This document shows, one piece after another, positions 47,492 to 57,388 of a stretch of 64,000 nucleotides of DNA; position 1 is the first letter of the stretch; every line of letters starts with the position of its first letter. Source of the DNA: an uncultured Bacteroidales bacterium (GTDB lineage: Bacteria; Bacteroidota; Bacteroidia; Bacteroidales; VadinHA17); NCBI GenBank assembly GCA_963765005.1, contig CAVXUP010000002.1, forward strand, positions 279,607 to 343,606, given 5' to 3'. The notes below the pieces were generated by a model. The model was not told the origin of the DNA and did not search any database. It worked only from the letters and a program-made list of their open reading frames with translations. A program made the position numbers and the translations under genes.

Positions 47492-49720
47492 ATGTCTGTT
47501 ATAGTTTTTAAAGGTCTTTTCAGATTTGTTAAATGTAGTATTCTGATACTACTTTGTACTGTGATAAATGAAAGTGCCGGGGCACAGAAGTTAACTCAAT
47601 TTGTTGATCCGTTGATTGGCTCCGGAGGTCACGGCCATGTATTTGTAGGAGCAAGCGTGCCTTTTGGAGCGGTACAACTGGGTCCTAACAATATTTACAA
47701 AGGCTGGGACTGGTGTTCGGGTTACCATTATTCTGATAGTCTGATAATTGGTTTTTCTCATTTGCATCTAAGCGGTACCGGCATTGGTGATCTGGGAGAT
47801 GTATTAATCATGCCGGTAACCGGGGAAGTGAAACTGGATAAAGGCAGGCAGGAATTTCCACACAAAGGTTATTTAACAACTTTTAGCCATAAGAATGAAA
47901 TTGCCAGGCCGGGATATTATTCTGTGAAAATGGATAATGGGGTGGCAGTTGAACTTACAGCCTCCGAGCGTGTTGGTTTTCATCAGTACCGATTCCCTAA
48001 AGGTAAAGAGGCACATTTGATTATAGACCTTAAAGAAGGAATCAACGACAAAAGTACCGACACATATCTGGAACAGACCGATGAATTCACCCTGAAAGGA
48101 TACCGTTTTTCTTCAGGCTGGGCGAAAGGAGCAGCAGGTTTTCTTTGCTATCCGTTCGTCGAAACCCATAAAAAATCTGATTATTTTACAACGAGGATAA
48201 ACCACTTTCAGGCAAAAAAGGCCAGGGGATTTCAGTAAAAGGTGTAATTGGATTTAATGCAGGGGGATTTTGTGCAGTTGAAAGTGGGTATTTCACCTGT
48301 CAGTGCAGAAAATGCACTTGATAACATCAATGCTGAAATTCCGGATTGGAACTTCACTGGAATAGTGAAACAGGCTGATGCAAAATGGAACAAGGAACTT
48401 TCGCGAATTGAAATTGGAACGAAGAACGCAGTCCGATAAACGGATCTTCTACACGGCCCTTTTTCATTCCATGATTCATCCATCGCTGTTCAACGACCAT
48501 AATGGCGATTATCAGGGAGCCGACAATAAAATATACACCAAGACCGGCATTTAAAAACTATTCGGTATTTTCAACCTGGGACACTTACCGGGCAGCACAT
48601 TCGCTATTTACTATTGATTGCTCCTGATACGTGTTAATGATTTTGTCAATAGCATATTAGCAATTAACGACCAGCAAGGTTTTATGCCCATCTGGCATCT
48701 GAATGGATACGAGACCGAATGATGACAGGGATCAGCAGTTTGCAGATTGTTGCAGAAGCATATCTGAAAGGATTTCGGGGATTTGATGCAGAAAGAGCCT
48801 ATCAGGCAATTAAGAAAAACAGCCATGTCTGACTTACGTGGGCTTAACTTTCTGACGGGATTTGAAACCCATTCCCGGTCGGATAAAAACAGTGTGGGCA
48901 GGTCAGTAGCTCCAGACAATGGAATTATCAATTTCTGATGGCAGCATTGCTTTAATGGCAAAGGCTCTAGGGAAAAATGAAGATTCTGCTACTTTAGCAA
49001 ACGGGCAAAAAATTACCAGCTCTTATTACGACCAGTCAGTTGGTTTTTTCAGAGGGATTAAGAGTGACGGAACCCGTAATCCGGAATTTGATGCATTCAA
49101 ATCTACAAAACCCTGGGCTGAGGATTATGCCGAAGGTAATGCCTGGCAGTACTTATGGCTGGCTCCACAGGATGTTTCAGGATTAATAGATTTTTTGGGT
49201 GGGAAAGATATCTTCAATGCAAGATTAGACAGCTTTTTTACACTCACGTCCCAAAGACAATTCAGAAGCATTGGTCGATCTTACAGGTCTTATCGGTCAG
49301 TATGCACATGGCAACGAACCCAGCCACCACATTGCTTATTTGTATGCTTATTCTGGGCAGCAATGGAAAACAGCAGAGAAAGTTCGCTACATCATGAAGG
49401 AGTTTTACCACGATGACCCGGATGGAGTAATTGGAAACGAGGATTGCGGACAGATGTCGGCCTGGTATATTTTTTCATCGCTTGGTTTTTACCCGGTTTT
49501 TCCAGCCTCACAAGATTATGTTTTGGGAAGCCCCTTGTTTGATAAAGCAACAATCAATTTACCCGATGGAAAGAAATTTACAGTTGAGGCGGTAAATAAC
49601 AGCTCCGAAAACATCTATATCCAGCAAGTGGAATTGAATGGACAGAAACTCGCTAAATTCTCTGTCAGTCATAAGGATATTCTAAATGGCGGGGCTTCTG
49701 AAAATAATGATGTGGAATAA
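47492..49720 (+). pseudogene. GH92 alpha-mannosidase (second tandem copy), multiple frameshifts
   Basis: N-terminus FVDPLIGSGGHGHVFVGASVPFGAVQLGPNN and FSHLHLSGTG; C-terminus HGNEPSHHIAYLYAYSGQQWKT and GNEDCGQMSAWY. Breaks include extra Gs at 48128-48129 and at the G5 run 48262-48266. Confidence 0.8.
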
Positions 49721-49734
49721 ACCGAATAATAACT

Positions 49735-51252
49735 TTAGTGGGACATTAGAAGAGTAGCAATTGAGGAATTGATGACTTCCTGTTTGCCTGTATCAGGTAC
49801 CTTCGAGGCAAAATCATTATAAAAACCACGAAGTTTTTCAATTTCCCCTCTATATTTCTCGTTTTTGATCTGGTTACTGATCTCCTGCGGATCCGATGCC
49901 CGTATAAAAAACTGATCGCCGAATTCCCTGTAGTCCGCTTTCTTCTGATAGTTGGTCGGATCGAGCATAATCCCGAGCTTATAGTTTTTAGTTATTACAG
50001 CAGCCTGCGACCAGCTCTCTGATATAAAATACTCCCTGTTTATTGGTTTTCCTTTAAGAAGATTTCCGGCAATAGATTGCCCCTGAACAGGATGCTTCAA
50101 CTCAGGCATCTTCAGCCCGAGCAATTCAACAAGTGTGGGATAGATATCAACCAGGCTCACTAATTCTGCCGACCGTTTTCCTCTTTGCTTATTGCCAGGG
50201 TACCTGATGATCAATGGGATATTCAGAATATCCTCATAAATATTTTGCCCTGCAGCAGCCTTTTCAACCATTCCGTGATTCCCAACAAAATCACCATGAT
50301 CGGAGGTATAGATAACGATAGTCTCTTCAGAAATTCCGGCTTCATCCAGCGCGCTCAGGATCTGACCTATACAATTGTCAATTTCAGTTACAAGTGCATA
50401 ATAGGCACCTATATAGTTTCGCCAGATCTGTTCGTCTGCATATGCTTTGTCGACATTCCATACTTTATTGTTCCCCTCACGTATCGACTGCATCAGAGGC
50501 GGAATATTCACTTTTGGTTCATAGAGGCTTGCCGGTTTTTTTATTGAACTTCCATTATTTCGCCCCTCGCCCCATGATGTCACATCGTACATATCCATAT
50601 ATTTTTTGAGAGGGGTATAGGGTTGGTGAGGTCTGTAGAATGTAGCCCAGCAGAAGAATGGTTTATCGTTTTTTGTTTGTTTTTTGATCATCTCGACAGT
50701 AAGCATAGTAGTAAATGCCTCCATTGTCATGTTCTCAGGCAATGATGAAATGCGGGTTCCCAGATCAGCAGTCGGAATAGCTGCTCCTGACTGTGAAGAA
50801 CAAGGAGATCCTTTGCCAAACTCTGCAGCCCAATCCATCGCAAATTCCTTTGCGTAACCATTCTTTTCTACCCACTCAACATAACCGTTACCCCTGGTTT
50901 CATTGCACAAATGACTTTGTTCAACATCCCAGCCAGCGTCAACAGCTGCCGATGTGTGACGTTTACCGAAAGCGTAGGTTCTGTAGTTATTTTGCTGAAA
51001 CAGTGATGCAAGGGAAACAACCTCATTCATTACCGATGTCCTCTCGCTGTTTGAAAGCAGACCAAGGGTACGAGGATAAAGTCCTGTCATCATTGATGAT
51101 CTTGAAGGAGCTGATATTCCTACAGAACAATAAGCACGATCAAAAACCACAGACTGCTTTGCCAGGTTATCGAGGTTTGGTGTCAGGACATCAGGATGTC
51201 CTTCGAAACCCATAACATTTTTACTGTGCTGATCTGAAAAAAGAATGAGCAC
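49735..51252 (-). CDS. Sulfatase (S1, Ser-type); interior intact, N-terminal signal region apparently disrupted
   Basis: LILFSDQHS, signature SAPSRSSMMTGLYP, YTSDHGDF. The track start is GTG. An ATG at 51372 is in the same frame but is separated by in-frame stops, with a signal-like stretch (IITQGVLLFLRTLLA). This suggests a compensated frameshift pair. Confidence 0.75.
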   Translation of the reverse strand: MLILFSDQHSKNVMGFEGHPDVLTPNLDNLAKQSVVFDRAYCSVGISAPSRSSMMTGLYPRTLGLLSNSERTSVMNEVVSLASLFQQNNYRTYAFGKRHTSAAVDAGWDVEQSHLCNETRGNGYVEWVEKNGYAKEFAMDWAAEFGKGSPCSSQSGAAIPTADLGTRISSLPENMTMEAFTTMLTVEMIKKQTKNDKPFFCWATFYRPHQPYTPLKKYMDMYDVTSWGEGRNNGSSIKKPASLYEPKVNIPPLMQSIREGNNKVWNVDKAYADEQIWRNYIGAYYALVTEIDNCIGQILSALDEAGISEETIVIYTSDHGDFVGNHGMVEKAAAGQNIYEDILNIPLIIRYPGNKQRGKRSAELVSLVDIYPTLVELLGLKMPELKHPVQGQSIAGNLLKGKPINREYFISESWSQAAVITKNYKLGIMLDPTNYQKKADYREFGDQFFIRASDPQEISNQIKNEKYRGEIEKLRGFYNDFASKVPDTGKQEVINSSIATLLMSH

Positions 51253-51461
51253 ATTAGGTTTTTTATCTGGTGTTTTTGCAAGCAGGGTTCTGAGAAATAA
51301 TAAGACTCCCTGTGTGATAATTCCTGAGTTTAGTTATTAATTCGAAAGTCAGGGCCAATTTTTAGTTCTCATGTTCTTGTAAGACTATACGGATTAGTTG
51401 ATGTATTTCGATCAGGCTAACGATCGAGTTTATTAGATGAGGTTTGCTATATTTAATCTTC

Positions 51462-52849
51462 TTATTTAAGAGACTCGAGAAAGCTTTCATATTTTCTGAT
51501 CATCTCTCTCTTAATTTCAGGGTACTTTACCAGACAGATCAGTGCTTTCAGTACGATCATTTTCGAGGTCGAACAACAGCATCTCACCTTCCATTTTTTC
51601 TGGTTTTATTCCGGGATAGGCAGCCGGAGTGAATTGTTCAAAAGGAGCTATAATTGTTGTCCCGTCAGGTCCTCTCGGCGTCCTTCCAGTTATCAAGATT
51701 GGGACTTTTGTAATAGTCGGGAGTTACAACGAACAATTTCCATTTGCCATCGCGAATGGTCTTTATCTGCTTTTCTCTCATGGTAAAAATCGGATTATGA
51801 GCCATCTGTTTCCCTGTTAGAATGGGCATAATGTTCTGTCCGTCAAGGATTATTGCGGGATCTGTCTTAATTCCTGCAAGGTTCATTATTGTAGGAAGAA
51901 TATCCGGTGACCAGCAGGGAGTTGAGATTGTTTTATTCTGAGGTAATTTCTGCGGATACCTTATTATGAACGGAACACGGGTTCCTCCTTCCCAGTTTGT
52001 TGCTTTCATTCCTTTCAGTCCACCGGTATCTCCTCCATACCATGGCCCGTTGTCTGACATAAAGATTACAATTGTGTTCTCAAGAATTCCCAGATCTTTC
52101 AATTGTTTGATAATCACACCGGTCGACCAGTCCAGTTCCTTTATTGCAGCAGCATACAGATCTTTGGCTGTTCCGGAGGTATAAAAGGCTTCTGAAGCAC
52201 CCAGCGGTTTATGTGGCATTGCATGGGCCAGATAAAGAAAGAACGGGGTATCCTTGTTTCTCTCAATAAAATCAAGAGCTTTCCTGGTATATTTTTGTGT
52301 CAGAAGATTCTGGTTAACAGGATATTCAACTGTATCCATATTTTCGATGATCTGTACCGGCCTCATGTCATTAGAATAAAGTATGCCGTAGTATTCATCA
52401 AAACCATGTTTTACGGGGAAGAACTCTGGTTTATGACCCAGGTGCCATTTCCCGATGCATTTGGTATGATAACCTGCACCCTGAAAAAGTTCACCCATTG
52501 TTACCTCACTTGCATTAATGCCAGGATCATTTATCCCTGCGTCAGGCGCCGGATTCTGAACTACTCCATGCCGCAGCGGAAACCTTCCGGTCAGTAGAGT
52601 TGCCCTTGAGGGTGCACTATAAGGTGTCGGGACATAAAAATCAGTCAGTCTTACTCCTTCTGAAGCCAGCCGATCGATATTGGTTGTTTTTATCTGGTTC
52701 TTATTGTAACATGAAATATCTCCATATCCCATATCGTCGGTCAGAATGATAACAACATTCGGTTTTGTATCTTCGGGAAAGGCATAAATGCCTGCTAAAG
52801 GAAGAGCAGCTCCTGCAAATATTGATGTAATCGCAATTTTGCTTTTCAT
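51462..52849 (-). pseudogene. Sulfatase (S1, Ser-type) with two frameshifts in the C-terminal ~65 codons
   Basis: ORF 51665-52849 (VVIILTDDMGYGD, signature YSAPSRATLLTGR). The tail ...LFDLENDRTESTDLSGK / YPEIKREMIRKYESFLESLK is recovered by hand in two other frames down to the stop at 51462. Confidence 0.75.
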
Positions 52850-53107
52850 TTATATATTGTTTCTATTCCGAGAAGCTTCTCGTAAAAATTTATAGTAAAA
52901 ATAAGCCTATTAACTTCAACGGCTTAACTATTTATACCTTTATTATTAAGAAAAGATTAATAATTCATTAATCTGTTAAATAATAGTATTTGCTTAATTA
53001 AGAGCTATTAATAATTATTTAAATCTCTTATATTCGTATGATTCATCTGTTGCTGAATTATTATCAGAAGCAGGAATAATATAAAAATATGATAACGCAA
53101 TCTGTAT

Positions 53108-54483
53108 ATGAAAAAGTATTTTTCATTAAGCTCCATAGTGGTCAGTGCCTGCACTTCCCAGATCCTATTCCGGTTGATGAAGACAGGGATAAGAATGTTC
53201 TGTTTATTAGTTGTCGACGATCTGACAACTACATTAGGATGCTATGGTCATCCTGTAGTAAAGACTCCAAATATTGACAGGTTGGCCAGGAATTGGGGTA
53301 AAGTTCAATCATGCTTATTGCAATTATGCAGTAAGTAATCCCAGCCGATCATCTTTCCTCACCGGATTGAAACCGGAGACAACAACAATACTTGATAATG
53401 TTAAGACTTTGCAGTCAATACTTGGCGACAGGATCACATTACCTTACCTGTTCAGGCAAAACGGTTATTATACTATGAGCCTGGGGAAAATATTTCACGG
53501 AGGCAAGGAACATAATGATCTTAAGGCCTGGGATGAGATTTATTCATTTCGGAGCCAACAGAGACTGGGAAAGACAGGTGAAAAACGCAATATGACCGGA
53601 GGAGTATTGAAATGGTGCGAGTGGATGGCTGCTGAGGGAGATGATGAAGATCAGGCAGACGGACAGATCGCACGGAAAGCAGTTGAATTTATTTCAGCTA
53701 AAAGAGAACAGCCTTTCTTCCTTGCTGTTGGATTTCACAAACCCCATGATCCTTTTTATGCCCCCAAAAAGTATTTTGACATGTATCCGCTTGAGATATG
53801 CAACCCTCCTGTTCTTCCGCAGGGATGGGTCGCTCCGTATAAACATACCCTGCCAACGGAAACTGCAGTTTTTGATAAGTTTACTGACCAGGACAAACGG
53901 GAATTTCTCAGATCGTACTATGCCTGCACCAGTTTTCATGGATGCACAGGTCGGAAAGCTGCTGAAAGCACTTGAGGAGTCGGGACAAATGGATAATACA
54001 CTTATTGTATTCATGGGTGACCACGGATATCATTTAGGCGAGCATAACTGGTGGAATAAGGTGACCATTTTCGAAAAAGGGACTAATGCTCCGTTCATAA
54101 TTGCCGGCAATGCAGCAGGCCAAAAAGGAGTTGAAACCGATGCAATGTTTGAATTCATTGATATCTATCCTACGCTTGCCGAACTGATGGGATTGAAAAA
54201 TGTACCTGACTATCTTGAAGGAAGAAGTTTTTCAGAAGTATTAAAAAATCCATCTCTTCCCTTCAGAAGTTCGGTACGTGCAGATAGTAAACAGGGGTGC
54301 GATGCTGGGCAGAACTGTAAAAACCGAATAAATGGAGATATACGGAATGGGATAACGGGAATAAGGGAAATGAACTCTATGATCAGGGAAAGGATCCGGT
54401 CGAGTATAATAATCTTGCTACTGATCCAGTCTTATTCTGCGGTTGTTGCAGAGATGAAAAAACTGCTTTATCAGAAGAATTGA
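53108..54483 (+). pseudogene. Sulfatase (S1, iduronate-2-sulfatase-like, Ser-type), many frameshifts
   Basis: Fragments 53108-53338, 53274-53975, 53641-54483 plus hand-recovered pieces ([16 protein letters not shown]; [33 protein letters not shown]). Signature [15 protein letters not shown]; GDHGYHLGEH. Confidence 0.75.
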
Positions 54484-54614
54484 TCTTTATTGAAAGATTT
54501 ATTTCAATTATAAGTTTTAGAAAAGGAATTCAGAGTCCGGAAATCATTTTTAAAAGCAATCATCTATATAAATGAATCAATCATACGATACCGACATTAT
54601 TAACCCCAGGAACT

Positions 54615-55858
54615 ATGAAAAGGAGATTTGTTTTTTCCATACTCTGTCTGCTGGCTTTGACATTTGTTGTTTCAGCCCAGAACAAACATTCAAAAACTAC
54701 AGCTTATCCTACCTATAAAGGACTGGTAATGGCAGGATACCAGGGATGGTTCATCCAGAAAGATGGGAAAATGTATACTGATCCCACTAAAATAAGCATA
54801 GATATGTGGCCCGATATGAAAGAGTATAAACAGTCATACCCGACAGGTGTCAAATATGCTGATGGTACTACTGCCACCTTTTTCAGTGCCACTGATAAAT
54901 CGACTATTGATCTTCATTTTAAATGGATGAAGGAATATGGTATCGACGGTGTATTCATGCAGCGGTTTTTCAATCGTGCACGTAAAGGAACCGAGCAGAG
55001 GAAGATCTATGCCAAAATGCTGGCTGATGCTCTCGATGCAGCATCAAAATACAACAGGGCAATTGCAGTGGAATACGATCTCTCAGGTCTTAAGGCAACA
55101 GGAGAGGATTGCTCAATGCTTATTGAAGACTGGAAGTTTCTTGTCGATTCACTTAAAGTGACAAACCAGAAGGGTAAAAAGACTTATCTGTATCACAACG
55201 GGAAACCACTGGTTGCAATCTGGGGTCTCGGATTTCCTGACCGTCCATATGATATCAGGAACATCGGATTTGATAAGCTTCTTGATTTCCTTAAAAACGA
55301 TCCTGTTTACGGCGGATGTTCAATTCTGATCGGAGTTCCTACTTACTGGCGTGAATTAGGCAGCGACTGTATAAAGGATACCTATTTGCATGACCTGATT
55401 AAAATGTCGGATATAGTACTTCCGTGGATGGTCGGACAGGACAAAGACTTGAAACTTATGATGCGTACAGGGATAATATCGCGAAAGATCTGGCATGGTG
55501 TAAAGAGAATAAAGTCGACTACTGCCCGGTAATATGGCCCGGATTCAGCTGGCATAATCTCAAGAAAACTGCTGAATCAAATGCTACACCAAGGCATGGG
55601 GGAACATTTTTCTGGAACCAGATCTACCATTCGATCAACTATGGATGTGAAATGCTTTTTATTGCAATGTTTGATGAGGTCAACGAAGGGACAGCAATAT
55701 TTAAGATTACAGATAATCCGCCAGTAGACGATGTCGCAAAATTTGTAGGACTGGAAGGAAAACCTTCTGATCACTACCTCTGGCTGACAGGCGAGGCAGG
55801 CAAAATGTTGAGAAAGGAGATCCCACTTACACCAACAATACCTGAAAGGAAAAAGTAG
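54615..55858 (+). pseudogene. Secreted putative glycoside hydrolase of unassigned family (TIM-barrel suspected), one frameshift
   Basis: ORFs 54615-55532 and 55424-55858 join at PWMVG|TGQRLETYD if 1 nt is missing after gg at 55434-55435. Motifs MAGYQGWF, GIDGVFMQRFF, AMFDEVNEGTAIFK. Family not identified by eye. Confidence 0.55.
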
Positions 55859-55903
55859 AGATCTGATTTAACAGTTTAATTAATATTTAAATATTAATCA
55901 TTT

Positions 55904-57176
55904 ATGAAAAAAATCTGTATTGTATTGTGGGCTGTCTTATTTGCAGTTAGTCTTATTGCACAACCGCCGTCAAAGCATTCTGCCACAACAATGTATCCAT
56001 CATATAAGAGCCTTATTATGGCAGGGTACCAGGGATGGTTCCACTCACCTAAGGAAGGGCAGCTGCTGTATCCCGATCCCACAAAATTAAGTATCGACAT
56101 GTGGCCCGACGTTTCGGAATATGAAAAGACATACGAAACAGGGTTGATGCATGCCGACGGCATCCAGGGCCCGCTTTTTCAGCGCTGATGATAAAAGCAC
56201 TGTCGATCTCCATTTCAAATGGATGAAGGACTATGGACTGGATGGAGTGTTCATGCAACGGTTCTTTAATTCAGCCCGGCCAGGAAACTCAAGTAAAAGT
56301 ACAGACGGCTATCTTGGCAAATGCCCTGGAAGCTGCATCGAAATATCAGAGAGCAATCGCGTTAATGTACGATCTCTCGGGTATTGAAACGGGCAGGCGA
56401 GGATTGTTCTCAATTAATTGCAGACTGGAAATATCTCGTTGACTACTGTAAAGGTAACTAACCAGAAAGGAGCACAAGACATATCTTTTCCACAGGGGAA
56501 AGCCACTTGGTAGTAATATGGGGAGTTGGATTTCCCGACCGCCCTTATGATATCAGGAATATAGGTCTTGAAAGATTCATGGATTTCCTGAAAAATGATC
56601 CTGTATATGGCGGCTGTTCTGTTATGCTTGGAGTTCCGACTTTCTGGCGCGATCTCAATGCCGATTGCATACATGATCCATATCTTCATGAACTTATCAG
56701 GTCAGCTGATCTGATCATGCCCTGGATGGTCCAGCGATTCACCCCGTTGATACATAACGATATGGACCGTTACAGGGATGTGATACTTGAGGATATGAAA
56801 TGGTGCAAGGAAAATAATGTTGATTATGTACCGTGTGTATGTCCCGGGATTCAGCTGGCATAACCTGAGTGTAAGGCAGTTCCCTGACGATATAAAGCCT
56901 GTTGGATCAATACCCAGACAGGGAGGAAGATTCTACTGGCAACAACTGTCGACTGCAATTCTTGCAGGAGCTGAAATGATTTATGTAGCTATGTTCGATG
57001 AAGTAAATGAGGGTACTGCGATTTTCAAGATAAGCGACAATCCTCCGGTACACGATACCGCACTGTTTGTAAAGAATGACGGTAAACCATCGGATCACTA
57101 TCTGTGGCTGACAGGAGAAGCATCAAAGATGCTGAAAAGACAGAAACCACTTAGTCTGCAAATGCCGCAGAGATAA
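55904..57176 (+). pseudogene. Tandem paralog of the 54615-55858 putative glycoside hydrolase, at least 4 frameshifts
   Basis: Fragments 55904-56188, 56151-56387, 56233-56442, 56507-56863 and 56817-57176 align colinearly with the upstream gene (MAGYQGWF, DLHFKWMKDYGLDGVFMQRFF, AMFDEVNEGTAIFK). Confidence 0.6.
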
Positions 57177-57267
57177 CACAATGATTCACAGTAACTATAT
57201 TTTAGAGAAGAAAATATAATAAAATGTGAGATTTTAAACTGAGATGAATGCTGATGTACTGTATTCC

Positions 57268-57304
57268 GGGTTAGGTTAGGCCAGGTTAGGTTAGGTAGGG
57301 TTGG
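57268..57304. repeat. Tandem 6-mer array (ggttag)-type
   Basis: gggttaggttaggccaggttaggttaggtagggttgg. Confidence 0.8.
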
Positions 57305-57308
57305 ATTG

Positions 57309-57376
57309 TCCGGGCTTGGTGGTTCTGTTAAAAGGTGAATACCTGAAACAGGGTTGTCAGCCCGGATTTTCTTTTT
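57309..57376 (+). terminator. Hairpin plus T-tract terminator downstream of the glycosidase paralogs
   Basis: tccgggct (57309-57316) pairs with agcccgga (57359-57366), with inner ctgtt/aacag pairing, followed by ttttcttttt. Confidence 0.5.
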
Positions 57377-57388
57377 ATACCTGTTTAA

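Noticed and set aside
52869-52882. 14-nt perfect palindrome cgagaagcttctcg, 20 nt upstream of the sulfatase start at 52849.
   Set aside because: It is a single occurrence containing a HindIII-type aagctt core, with no partner site or adjacent regulator. It could be a 5-prime UTR hairpin and is not enough for a feature call.
52957-53016. Exact 10-nt direct repeat attaataatt (52957-52966 and 53007-53016) in the sulfatase divergent promoter. Related TTAATTATT/TTAATTAAT motifs lie upstream of susC (60133-60141, 60168-60176, 60191-60199). Considered as operators for the 851-aa regulator.
   Set aside because: Both spacers are about 75-80% AT. My rough estimate is that a chance 10-mer repeat in a 250-nt region of that composition has a probability of order 0.2-0.3. 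This is not significant without comparative or binding data.
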